From an uncultured Pseudomonadota bacterium (GTDB lineage Bacteria; Myxococcota_A; UBA796; SXON01): DNA of 64,000 bases. The stretch lies in contig CAIUMM010000075.1 in assembly GCA_903900265.1 (NCBI GenBank), positions 95,125 to 159,124 of the forward strand, read 5' to 3'. The notes under the pieces were generated by a model that saw nothing but the letters and a program-made list of their open reading frames with translations, was not told the origin of the DNA and did no database searches. This document shows positions 9,314 through 17,613 of the stretch, in pieces (the stretch's first letter is position 1; each line of letters opens with the position of its first letter). Both the position numbers and the translations under genes were made by a program.

Positions 9314-10885
9314 CTATCGAGCGTCGAGCCAGCGGCTGATCGCGATCAGCGCGAAAATCCGCTCTGCAGCGGCGTCGGAGCGTGGCAGCGCCGCGATCAG
9401 CGGGGTCAGGCTTGTCGGGTCCATGAACGGGGCGAGTCGGTCGGCGAGCCCGTCGACGAGGCTACGGCACGGGCCCACAAGCCAGCTGCGCAACGGCACG
9501 GTGGTTCGGTGTCCGCTCGTCCCGGCGGAGGCGCCCATCGCGGCCCAGAGCAGCGGGGCGATGGCCGGGTGGTGTCCAATCGGGACCGTGCTTCCAAGGT
9601 GCGCAAGCCGCGGATCCGCGAGCGGCGCCACGAAGCGCGTGCCGGTGAGCGCTCCGACCACATCGGCGGTGCGCAGCGCCCGCTCCGGCAAGTACAGCCT
9701 GCGGTTCAGCCAGCTACCGGGCGGCGGTTGGGTCGGAGACGCCGCGGCGATGCGCTGCAGCTCGGGCTCCGTGGGAGCGGGCGAGCTGAGGCGCGCCCGC
9801 GCTCGCGCGATCGGTGAGGCGGGCGCGGGATCCAGCCAGGCGTCGGCGCCCCGCCCGGTGAGGATGGTGGTGATCCCTGCGGCATCGGCGCGTCGCGCGA
9901 GCGCCCAGTACACCAACGCGTCGGGGTCGGTGGTCGGCTCGGGATGCGCAGCGAGCTCGTCCAGCGCTTCATGTAGCTGGTCAGGCCCCAAGCGGGCGAC
10001 GATGCGCTCACGGGCTCCCTCCGCAGGGGGGGCGAACCCCTCGATCTCCACGACGATCGCGGGGAGCGGGCCGTCTACCGGATGCCGGGCAGCAGCGAGC
10101 ACGGCGACGCTGCTGGCGTCCTCTACCCACACCGCAGCGGTGCTGCCGCTACCGACGTAGGCGTGGCGTACGCACATCCGAGCGGCGTACTCGAGGCTCT
10201 TGACCCAGAGCGCGAGGGCACCGCCGCGCCCGGGGACGACCTCGGGCACGTCCCACCATCGCGCGTGGTCTCCTGCCGGTCCCGACTTCGCGCTCCAGCG
10301 CAGGCGACTCGCTGCTTCCAAACGTTCAACACCGGTTTGCGTGCACAGCGGAGCGGGGAGCACCCCGACGCGCGTCAGCACTTCCAACGCGCTGAAGTCT
10401 ACGGCGCTGTGCGCGTCCGCCGCCGGGAGGTGGATCTCCGAGCCCACCAGCATGCCGCCGGAGACGGACGCTGCGTACATCGGTCTCGCGCCGACGCGGT
10501 CGCGCACCGCCCAGAGCGTTCGGTCGCGCGCGTCCCAGATCACCAGCGCGGTCGTGCCTTCCAAGCGGTGCAGGCCCTTCTCGACGCCCAGCTCCGCCAA
10601 CACCGCCGCGACCACCTCAGCGGGCGTGGTCGCGCCGGACTCGCGGCCGTCTTGCTCCGCGGTGAGCGTCCGCAGGTTCGAGGGGTGTCCGTCCAAGGCG
10701 ACGGTCAAACCCGCGAAGCTGCCAAAATCGCCCGAGTCCTCCAGCGCCGCTCCGAGCCAGATCCCGTCGGCGCTGTGCTCTGCCTGCGCCGCCGGTCCAC
10801 GATGCGCGATGGCGCGCAGCCGCGCCCGCAACGCAGGCACCGGGGGCTGGCCATCGGGACCAGCCCACGCGAGGATGCCGCTCAC
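9314..10885 (-). CDS. Asparagine synthetase B-like protein (probably non-catalytic)
   Basis: 523-aa ORF with the AsnB two-domain pattern (N-terminal Ntn-like domain; C-terminal ..ILTGRGADAWL..). The N-terminus is MSGI instead of MCGI, and the PP-loop SGGxDS position reads VEDASS. Confidence 0.8.
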   Translation of the reverse strand: MSGILAWAGPDGQPPVPALRARLRAIAHRGPAAQAEHSADGIWLGAALEDSGDFGSFAGLTVALDGHPSNLRTLTAEQDGRESGATTPAEVVAAVLAELGVEKGLHRLEGTTALVIWDARDRTLWAVRDRVGARPMYAASVSGGMLVGSEIHLPAADAHSAVDFSALEVLTRVGVLPAPLCTQTGVERLEAASRLRWSAKSGPAGDHARWWDVPEVVPGRGGALALWVKSLEYAARMCVRHAYVGSGSTAAVWVEDASSVAVLAAARHPVDGPLPAIVVEIEGFAPPAEGARERIVARLGPDQLHEALDELAAHPEPTTDPDALVYWALARRADAAGITTILTGRGADAWLDPAPASPIARARARLSSPAPTEPELQRIAAASPTQPPPGSWLNRRLYLPERALRTADVVGALTGTRFVAPLADPRLAHLGSTVPIGHHPAIAPLLWAAMGASAGTSGHRTTVPLRSWLVGPCRSLVDGLADRLAPFMDPTSLTPLIAALPRSDAAAERIFALIAISRWLDAR

Positions 10886-10887
10886 GC

Positions 10888-11694
10888 TTAGTGTTTCGGC
10901 GGCGGAGAGCCCGCCGTGGGCTGACCGCCCGGAGGAGGCCCGCCGGGTCCACCGGGAGCTTGCCCGCTGGGAGGTGGTCCGCCGGGAGTTGGTCCACCGG
11001 GAGGTTGCCCGCCGGGAGGTTGCCCGCCGGGAGGTTGCCCGCCGGGTCCACCGGGAGGTTGCCCGCCGGGAGGAGGGCCACCGGGGCCGCCCGGCGGAGG
11101 TCCGCCTGCGCCGCCCGCCGGAGGTTGCTCGCCCGCGCCGCCACCGGAAGGCGGGGTCATCGCGCCGAGGTTGGGTTGGTCGGACAGCGTGATGTCGAGG
11201 TTCGAAACGGGCACCGAGCCCACCGTGGTGCTCTCGATCATGCCCGCCGCCTCACCGGGGCCGGGACCGTTGTTGTTGCTGTCGAGGAAGGAGACGATGC
11301 TGAGATCGCCGAGGTCCTTCGGCGCTTCCACCGACCAAGGACCCGGCTTGTCGAGCGTGAGCGTGTGGACGAGCTCGGGGAAGCTGCCGCCCTTGCCCTT
11401 TTGCAGGAAGTCGATTCGCAGCGTTCCCGTCTGTGTGCCGGCGTAGGTGATGGTGCCGGAGAGCGTCACGCCCTGACCGGCTTCCACGGCAAACCCGGCG
11501 ATCTCCGGGCGTCCGCCGCCGGGTTGTCCACCGCCGCCTTCTTGCCCGGGCATCCCGCCGGGAGGTGGGTTTCCACCCATCGGCGCGTCGGTGACGACAT
11601 CCGGGTTCGGGCAGCCGGTCAGCAACGCTGCTGCGGTGAGCATCGCGCCGAGGGTTCGAGGGAGTGTGGGGGAAAGGGAAGCAAACGTGTGCAT
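10888..11694 (-). CDS. Lipoprotein with Pro/Gly-rich C-terminal repeat region
   Basis: Trimmed to ATG 11692-11694 (MHTFASLS...LLTGC lipobox). The C-terminal ~90 aa are (PPGGQ)-like repeats. The stop lies 2 nt before the asnB-like start. Confidence 0.65.
   Translation of the reverse strand: MHTFASLSPTLPRTLGAMLTAAALLTGCPNPDVVTDAPMGGNPPPGGMPGQEGGGGQPGGGRPEIAGFAVEAGQGVTLSGTITYAGTQTGTLRIDFLQKGKGGSFPELVHTLTLDKPGPWSVEAPKDLGDLSIVSFLDSNNNGPGPGEAAGMIESTTVGSVPVSNLDITLSDQPNLGAMTPPSGGGAGEQPPAGGAGGPPPGGPGGPPPGGQPPGGPGGQPPGGQPPGGQPPGGPTPGGPPPSGQAPGGPGGPPPGGQPTAGSPPPKH
10891..11160 (-). repeat. Low-complexity coding repeat with 15-nt periodicity (ccgccgggaggttgc-like)
   Basis: Runs of near-identical 15-nt units encode PPGGQ/PGGPP. 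Boundaries are approximate. Confidence 0.8.
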
Positions 11695-11789
11695 TGTGGA
11701 CTCGCTGCGCGTAGATAACCCGATGGCTCCCCGGCAGGAATCGCGCGCGAGGGGCACGAAGTGCTGGCGCGGTGACCAAAGGCGGTTAC

Positions 11790-11795
11790 TATAGT
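11790..11795 (+). promoter_or_regulatory. Candidate -10 box (TATAGT) for the SRP RNA gene
   Basis: TATAGT sits in a locally AT-rich patch (ttactatagttgt), 7-12 nt upstream of the first base that can pair in the SRP RNA helix. No convincing -35 element. Confidence 0.35.
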
Positions 11796-11802
11796 TGTCC
11801 CT

Positions 11803-11935
11803 GCGTCGTGCGGGGCGTTGATGGTCGGGTCCTGCAGACCGGGCCCTTGTGAACCCCGCCAGATCCTAACGGAAGCAACGGTAGCGTCGGGTTCGGGGCT
11901 GTAGGGTGCCCGGCCATCAACCCTCCGCACGGCAA
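11803..11935 (+). ncRNA. ffs: Signal recognition particle RNA (small/4.5S type)
   Basis: Domain IV core CCAGAUCC-UAAC-GGAAGCAAC (11858-11879) aligns position-for-position with E. coli 4.5S CAGGUCC-GGAA-GGAAGCAGC. Long flanking helix: 11851-56 GAACCC/11889-94 GGGUUC; 11831-37 CCUGCAG/11899-905 CUGUAGG; 11817-24 GUUGAUGG/11914-21 CCAUCAAC; 11805-15/11923-33. Classic position directly upstream of dnaX. Ends are approximate. Confidence 0.8.
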
Positions 11936-11956
11936 CTATTCAAGAAGAGGTCGATT

Positions 11957-13201
11957 GTGGCCGACAAACCGGTTCCCGCAGACCCGGCTGTTTTGGCGGC
12001 GCCTGCCTACGTTGCGATCGCGCGCAAATGGCGGCCACAGACGCTCGAAGACATGTGTGGTCAGGCGCACGTCACGCGTACGCTGAAGAACGCGCTGGAG
12101 TCGGGGCGTCTGCACCATGCCTTCTTGTTCACGGGCGCGCGCGGCGTCGGAAAAACCACCGCGGCGCGTGCGTTCGCGCGTGCGTTGCAGTGCGCGAACG
12201 GCCCTACCCCCACGCCGTGTGGCGTGTGTGGTCCGTGCATCGACATCCTCGCGGGGACCTCTCCCGACGTGGTGGAGATCGACGGCGCCTCGAACAACTC
12301 CGTCGATGACATCCGCAACCTGCGCGATGGCGTGCGCTACCTGCCGGCGACGACCCGCTTCCGCGTGTACGTCATCGACGAAGTGCACATGCTCTCCAAG
12401 GGCGCGTTCAACGCGCTGTTGAAGACCCTCGAAGAGCCTCCGCCCCACGTCAAGTTCATCTTCGCGACCACCGAAGTCAACAAGATCCCCGACACGATCT
12501 TGTCCCGGGTGCAGCGTTTTGACTTCAAGCGCATCCCCGCCAGCGTGGTCTCGGCGCGGCTGCGGAAGATCTGCGACGTCGAAGGCATCACCATCTCCGA
12601 CGCTGCGCTGCAAATGGTGGCCAAAGCCGGCGAAGGGTCGATGCGCGACGCGCAGAGCCTGCTGGATCAGGTGATCAGCTTTGGCGGCGCCGCGGCGGAT
12701 GACAAGCAGGTGGCCGACATCCTCGGCTTGGTCGACCGACGCTACCTCTACGAGATGCTCGGCGGCGTGCTCCAGGGCCAGCCCGAGCGCTGCCTCGACA
12801 GCATTCAAGCGGTGCATGACAACGGCTACGAGCTCGCTCAGTTCACCGTAGAGCTGCTGGAATTGGTGCGCAACGCCACGGTGGCTACGCTCTCCGAGGG
12901 CGCGCGCCGGTTTCTGGACGTGTCGGAAGAAGAAAAGTCTGCGTTGTTGGCGATCACCAACGGGGTCCCGGCGGAGCAGCTCTCGCGCACCTTCCAGGTG
13001 TTGCTCGAGGTGCACGACCAGGTGTCGCGTTCGATGCGGCCGCGGCTGGTGTTGGAGATGGCGGTCGCGCGCCTCGTGGCGATCCGCCCCGCTCAGCCGG
13101 TCAGCGCGCTCGTGGACCGCTTGGTGGATCTGGAGCGTCGGATGCGCGGCCAGGGCGCCGCTGCGCCGCGTGGTCAGAACCCGGAGGGCGAGAGGCGGTA
13201 G
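11957..13201 (+). CDS. dnaX: DNA polymerase III subunit gamma/tau, N-terminal (gamma-like) reading frame
   Basis: Shows ARKWRPQTLEDMCGQ.., Walker A GARGVGKTT, zinc module CANGPTPTPCGVCGPC, and VYVIDEVHML and SRVQRF boxes. Start moved from the track's GTG 11906, which lies inside the SRP RNA, to GTG 11957, preceded by aagaagagg. The frame stops at TAG 13199-13201. Confidence 0.9.
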   Translation: MADKPVPADPAVLAAPAYVAIARKWRPQTLEDMCGQAHVTRTLKNALESGRLHHAFLFTGARGVGKTTAARAFARALQCANGPTPTPCGVCGPCIDILAGTSPDVVEIDGASNNSVDDIRNLRDGVRYLPATTRFRVYVIDEVHMLSKGAFNALLKTLEEPPPHVKFIFATTEVNKIPDTILSRVQRFDFKRIPASVVSARLRKICDVEGITISDAALQMVAKAGEGSMRDAQSLLDQVISFGGAAADDKQVADILGLVDRRYLYEMLGGVLQGQPERCLDSIQAVHDNGYELAQFTVELLELVRNATVATLSEGARRFLDVSEEEKSALLAITNGVPAEQLSRTFQVLLEVHDQVSRSMRPRLVLEMAVARLVAIRPAQPVSALVDRLVDLERRMRGQGAAAPRGQNPEGERR

Positions 13202-13212
13202 CGCCCGCGCCG

Positions 13213-13755
13213 GTGGAGAGCGCGCGTGGCGCGGCTCCGTTGGTCTGGACGCCCCGTCCTTTGGCGCCTGCGCCGGTCGCCCCGCCGCCGGCTCCGGTCG
13301 TGGTCGCACCGGTCCTACCCCCGATCGCGGCCGATCTCTCCCCGCTCGCTCGGTACCGCGCGATGCTGGAAGAGCTCACGCCGATCTTGCGCGCTACGCT
13401 GGCTGACAACGCGGCATTTTTGGCGTTTGCCGACGGGCGCTTGTCGATCGCGGTGCGCAGCGTGCTCTCGCAACGGCGGGTGCAGGATGTGCTGCGGGAG
13501 ATCGAACTGGGGCGCTATTTCGCCGGCTTTCGTTCGGTGGAGGTCAAGGTCGACGCCGAGGCCGGTCGGACGGGCAGCGAACGTCGCAGCGCCGCCGAGG
13601 AGCAGCGCCGCGCCGATGCGCTGGCCGCTTCGGAGTCTTCCGCGCTGCTGCGGCGTCTGGTGAGCGCGCTGGATGCGACCGTAGAGAGCGTATTGCCCGT
13701 TGGCGAGGCGCCGCGGGATATGAACATGCCGGATCTGGAGCTTGAAGATGAGTGA
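13213..13755 (+). CDS. ORF encoding the Pro-rich linker and DnaX (tau) C-terminal-type domain, in the -1 frame relative to dnaX
   Basis: A Pro/Ala-rich stretch is followed by ..MLEELTPILRATLADNAAFLAFADGRLSIAVRSVLSQRRVQDVLREIELGRYFAGFRSVEVKV.., resembling the C-terminal domain of full-length bacterial DnaX. This frame stays open for more than 250 nt upstream of 13213, overlapping the end of dnaX. Confidence 0.65.
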   Translation: MESARGAAPLVWTPRPLAPAPVAPPPAPVVVAPVLPPIAADLSPLARYRAMLEELTPILRATLADNAAFLAFADGRLSIAVRSVLSQRRVQDVLREIELGRYFAGFRSVEVKVDAEAGRTGSERRSAAEEQRRADALAASESSALLRRLVSALDATVESVLPVGEAPRDMNMPDLELEDE

Positions 13756-14098
13756 CTTTTTTGGTGGCGGGAATCCCTTTGGCGGCGGCGGCATGGGCGG
13801 GATGGCCAACATGCTTGGCGGTTTCAAACAGAAGATGGCCGCGCTTCAAGCCGACGCCGAGCGCGCCGAGGTCGAAGGCGTCTCGGGCAATGGCCTCGTC
13901 GTCGTGCGCATGAACGGCGGGCAAGAGGTGCTGTCGGTCAAGATCGACCCCAAGGCCGCGGCGGACGTGGAGCTTTTGGAGGATCTGGTCCGCGCCGCGA
14001 CCAATGACGCGATTCGTCGCGCCAAAGAGGTCGTCGGCGAGAAGATGGCGGGCATGGCGCAGGGAATGGGCCTGCCGCCGGGTCTCTTCGGCGAATGA
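13748..14098 (+). CDS. ybaB: Nucleoid-associated protein YbaB/EbfC
   Basis: Gly-rich N-terminus, then ..LQADAERAEVEGVSGNGLVVVRMNGGQEVLSVKIDPKA..DVELLEDLVRAATNDAIRRAKE.. dnaX-ybaB-recR synteny. Confidence 0.9.
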   Translation: MSDFFGGGNPFGGGGMGGMANMLGGFKQKMAALQADAERAEVEGVSGNGLVVVRMNGGQEVLSVKIDPKAAADVELLEDLVRAATNDAIRRAKEVVGEKMAGMAQGMGLPPGLFGE

Positions 14099-14709
14099 GC
14101 GCGGCGGACCCTTTTCGCCGCGCGGTGCAGCAGCTCGCACGCTTTCCCGGCGTCGGTGAAAAAACTGCGACCCGCTACGCGTACTGGCTGCTGCGCCAGC
14201 AGCCGGATGCGGCGGAAAACATCGCCGCCGCGATCCTCGGCTTGAAGGCCTCGGTGCGCGAATGCGCGGTCTGCTGTGATCTGTCGGAGCGAGAGCTGTG
14301 CTTGCGCTGCTCGGACCCCGCGCGCGACGCGTCGACGGTGTGCGTCGTCGAGCGCCCGCAGGACGTGCGCGCCATCGACGGGTCCAACGAGTTCAAGGGG
14401 CGCTACCACGTGCTGCACGGCGCGCTCTCGCCCTTGGACGGGGTGGGGCCCAACGACCTGCGTATCCAGGCGCTTTTGGCGCGGATCTCAGCCGTTTCCG
14501 GCGGCCTGGACACCGTAAAAGAGTGCATCCTCGCGATGGACCCGGATGTCGAAGGCGACGCGACCTCGCTGTACTTGGCGCGCTTGCTGCGGCCGTTGGG
14601 CGTGCGCGTCACGCGCCTCGCGCACGGGATCGCCGTGGGCACGGAGATTGAGTTTGCCGACCGCGTCTCGCTGGCTCGCGCCCTCGAGGGGCGCCGCGAC
14701 ATCGGCTGA
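14095..14709 (+). CDS. recR: Recombination protein RecR
   Basis: HhH (LARFPGVGEKTATRYA), C4 zinc finger (CAVCCDL..CLRC) and Toprim (VCVVERPQDVRAID..RYHVLHGALSPLDG). ATGA overlap with ybaB. Confidence 0.95.
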   Translation: MSAADPFRRAVQQLARFPGVGEKTATRYAYWLLRQQPDAAENIAAAILGLKASVRECAVCCDLSERELCLRCSDPARDASTVCVVERPQDVRAIDGSNEFKGRYHVLHGALSPLDGVGPNDLRIQALLARISAVSGGLDTVKECILAMDPDVEGDATSLYLARLLRPLGVRVTRLAHGIAVGTEIEFADRVSLARALEGRRDIG

Positions 14710-14733
14710 CGTGCGGCGGGGCGTGCGCCGCGG

Positions 14734-15291
14734 CTACGACAAAGCGGTGCTGCACGCGAGCAGCGCGTCGGCGTCAGGTACATCCAGCACGCTGGGGTAG
14801 CCCCGCGCATGGATCAGCGTTCCATGACGGTCGAACACGAACTCCCCGCCCAGATCGCCGTTTGGCTTCGCGGGATCGCGGCTCTCGTTGAGGCCGTCGA
14901 TCCACGCGCGGACCGCCCGGGGGCGCAGCGCGCGGAGCGATTGCAGGTAGGTGGCGTCGGTCTCCAAGCCAAACTTTTCGCGCAGCGAGCGGTCTTCGTC
15001 GACGACGAGCGGGAAGATCACGTGGTGCCGGGGGACAAAATCCCGCGCGTACGTCAGGTCGGTGTGGGTGACGACGGCGAGGCGCACGCCAGCAGCGTCG
15101 AGGCTCGGCCACACCGCGGTCAGGCGCTTGATCGCCACGCGCGCGGTGGTGCCGTGCAGGTCGCGGACAAAAACCACCACGACCGGCGCCCCGCCGAACA
15201 CGACGGGCAGACCGGACACCGGATTCAATCTTTCGATGGGGGAGATTGACCCCAGAGACAGAACGCTCACGCATGGCTCCGCGCCCGGCAT
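14734..15291 (-). CDS. Thioredoxin-fold AhpC/TSA_2-like protein lacking the CxxC-type motif
   Basis: The pattern ..PVVVVFVRDLHGTTARVAIKRL...GVRLAVVTHTD..ARDFV.....FPLVVDEDRSLREKFGL.. resembles the AhpC/TSA antioxidant-like family. The expected RhfGCxxCR position reads RDLHGTTAR. Confidence 0.6.
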   Translation of the reverse strand: MPGAEPCVSVLSLGSISPIERLNPVSGLPVVFGGAPVVVVFVRDLHGTTARVAIKRLTAVWPSLDAAGVRLAVVTHTDLTYARDFVPRHHVIFPLVVDEDRSLREKFGLETDATYLQSLRALRPRAVRAWIDGLNESRDPAKPNGDLGGEFVFDRHGTLIHARGYPSVLDVPDADALLACSTALS

Positions 15292-15353
15292 GACCGGGCG
15301 GCGTTCGCTATCGCGTAGGGTTGCGCTTGTCCGCTGCGCGTTGGATCGGCTAC

Positions 15354-15734
15354 ATGCGAGCGATGTCCGCGTTTGAACAAGCTGGTGGCGAGCCCGTAGT
15401 GCGCGCGGTGGTCGAGCGCTTCGTGGATCGGGTGTGGGACGACCCGATCATCGGCTTCTTCTTTGCGGGAAAGGACCGCGCCCGCGTGAAGTTGCACGAG
15501 TACGAGCACGCGGCCAGCGTGCTTGGCGCAGGAGTCCGGTACACCGGTCGTCCGATCGCGCCCTTGCACCGGGCCTTGAAGATCAACGCGGGGCAGTTCC
15601 GCCGTCGCCTCGCGATCTTGAGGCAAGAGCTGGAGCGCGCCGGGCTGCCGCAGGAGGTCATCGATCTGTGGCTCGCGGCGCAGCGCGCGATGGAGCAGCA
15701 GATCACCGACGGGACGGACTGCGGCCCGCGATAG
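15354..15734 (+). CDS. Truncated (2/2) hemoglobin family protein
   Basis: ..FEQAGGEPVVRAVVERFVDRVWDDPIIGFFF...HEYEHAASVLGAGVRYTGRPIAPLHRALKINAGQFRRRLAILRQEL.. fits bacterial truncated globins. Start is ATG 15354 or 15363; the track uses 15321. Confidence 0.75.
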   Translation: MRAMSAFEQAGGEPVVRAVVERFVDRVWDDPIIGFFFAGKDRARVKLHEYEHAASVLGAGVRYTGRPIAPLHRALKINAGQFRRRLAILRQELERAGLPQEVIDLWLAAQRAMEQQITDGTDCGPR

Positions 15735-15742
15735 GGTCGGGC

Positions 15743-17575
15743 TCAGGGGGCGCTGGCCGGCTTGTGCAGGCTGGCCCAAAGCTTCTCGGCGAGTTTTCGC
15801 CCCATCCCCGGCGCGGTCTCCAGCGCGGCGACGTCGGCGGCGCGCACCGCGCTCATCGACCCGAAGTGGATCAGCAGCGCTTTGCGTCGGGCCGGTCCGA
15901 CGCCAGGCATCTCCTCGAGCGCGCTGGTGAACTGGCGCTTGGATCTGGTTTTTCGATGGAACCCTACCGCCGTGTCGTGGGCTTCGTCCCGTACGTGCTG
16001 GAGCAGGCGCAGCGCCGGGTCGTCGTAGCGCAGGACCACCGGCTCCGACTCCCACGGGAGCACGATCTTGTCGACGGCGTCGCGATCTCCGGCCTTGCGC
16101 TCGGTGCGCGGCTTGGAGAGACCGATCACCGGCTGGTGCTCCAATCCCAGCTCAGTCAGCACCGCGAGCGCCGAGTTCAGCTGGCCGCGTCCGCCGTCCA
16201 CCACGATCAGATCCGGGAACTCGCCGCTCTCCATCGCTCTTTTCAGCCGGCGCAGCAGGATCTCCCGCATAGTCGCGTAGTCGTCGGCGCCCACGACGGT
16301 CTTGACGTTGTAACGCCGGTAATCCTTTCGTGACGGCTTGCCGTCGATGAACACCACCTGCGACGCGACGGGATCCGTCCCCAGCAGGTTGGAGTTGTCG
16401 TAGCATTCGATGCGCGTCGGCGGACCGGGGAGCTGCGCGATCTCGGCGATCGCGTCCAGCGCCCGGTGTAGGCGCTCTTCCTCGCCGTGATCGACGGCGA
16501 ATCGGGTCTGGGCCGCGGAGGTCGCGATGGTGATCAGCCGGATCTTGTCGCCGCGCTGCGGGGCATGAACGCGCACGGCGCTCCCGCGCAGCTCGGACAG
16601 GATCTCCCCGAGCACGTCCGGCAGCGCTTCGGGCACGAGCACTTCGGGCGGCGCGGTGCCTTCTTCGCGATACCAACGGTTCAAGGTCGCGGTGAGGATC
16701 TCCGCGCTCTCGCCCAGCTCGCCCGCGAACGGAAACACCATCGGTTCGCGGACCAGCCCGCCGCGCACCGGCAGGCAGGAGATCGCGCCGCGATCGCCCT
16801 CGCGGTGCAGTCCCCACGCGTCCCGCTCGCCCATTTTTACATCGGCGACGACCTGACGATCGAGGCTCGTGCGCACCGCGAGCAGCAGGTCGCGCACGCG
16901 CGCGGCCTCTTCGTACCGCTCCTCCTCGGCGAGCACGGTCATCTGCACCGTGAGCCTCGCTTGAAGCTCGCGATCCTTGCCGCCCAAGAACAGCACCGCG
17001 TCCTCCATCACCTCGTCGTAGGCGTCCTTCGTGCACAGATCGACGCAAGGCGCGACGCAGCGATGAAGTTGGTAGAGCAAACAGGGTTTTTTGCGGGAGG
17101 CGAGCACCGCGTCGGAGCAGGTGCGCAGCGGAAAGCTGCGCTGCACGAATTGCAGGGTCCGGCGGGCCGTGCTCGCGGAGTGGTAGGGACCGAAGTATTT
17201 GGCGCCGTCGTCTTTTGGGCGACGAACGAGGGAGAACCTCGGCCATTCGGCGCGCGGATCGATGCGGACGTGCAGGAAGCTCTTGTCGTCCCGCAGCTTG
17301 ATGTTGTACCGGGGGCGATGCTGCTTGATGAGCGAGTTTTCGAGGAGCAGCGCCTCTTTCTCGGAGTGCACCGGGATGGTCTCGATGCGCACCGCGTGAT
17401 GCACCAAGAAGGGCACCATGTACCGGCCGTCGTGACCGCCGAGGTATTGCTTGACCCGCGCGCGCAGGTTGTTGGCTTTACCGACGTAAAGAACGACACC
17501 ATCGGCGTCTTTCCATAAATAAACGCCGGGTTCGGTGGGTAGCGCATCGGCCTGTTCATCAAGGGCGGGGGGCAT
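15743..17575 (-). CDS. uvrC: Excinuclease ABC subunit C
   Basis: GIY-YIG N-terminus (PGVYLWKDADGVVLYVGKANNLRARVKQY), a UVR domain, an endonuclease V-like domain and a C-terminal (HhH)2. Confidence 0.95.
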   Translation of the reverse strand: MPPALDEQADALPTEPGVYLWKDADGVVLYVGKANNLRARVKQYLGGHDGRYMVPFLVHHAVRIETIPVHSEKEALLLENSLIKQHRPRYNIKLRDDKSFLHVRIDPRAEWPRFSLVRRPKDDGAKYFGPYHSASTARRTLQFVQRSFPLRTCSDAVLASRKKPCLLYQLHRCVAPCVDLCTKDAYDEVMEDAVLFLGGKDRELQARLTVQMTVLAEEERYEEAARVRDLLLAVRTSLDRQVVADVKMGERDAWGLHREGDRGAISCLPVRGGLVREPMVFPFAGELGESAEILTATLNRWYREEGTAPPEVLVPEALPDVLGEILSELRGSAVRVHAPQRGDKIRLITIATSAAQTRFAVDHGEEERLHRALDAIAEIAQLPGPPTRIECYDNSNLLGTDPVASQVVFIDGKPSRKDYRRYNVKTVVGADDYATMREILLRRLKRAMESGEFPDLIVVDGGRGQLNSALAVLTELGLEHQPVIGLSKPRTERKAGDRDAVDKIVLPWESEPVVLRYDDPALRLLQHVRDEAHDTAVGFHRKTRSKRQFTSALEEMPGVGPARRKALLIHFGSMSAVRAADVAALETAPGMGRKLAEKLWASLHKPASAP

Positions 17576-17613
17576 GGGGCGTCTTAGCCCGCGTTCGCGT
17601 TAGAATCTCTGCG

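Noticed and set aside
9314-10885. AsnB homologue as a lasso-peptide cyclase / RiPP locus
   Set aside because: Lasso cyclases need the ATP-binding PP-loop, which appears lost here. I see no transglutaminase-like B protein, RRE or short precursor ORF nearby.
13226-13663. 145-aa ORF in the dnaX zero frame downstream of its stop
   Set aside because: The translation is Arg/Trp/Cys-rich nonsense, whereas the -1 frame gives a recognisable DnaX C-terminal-type domain.
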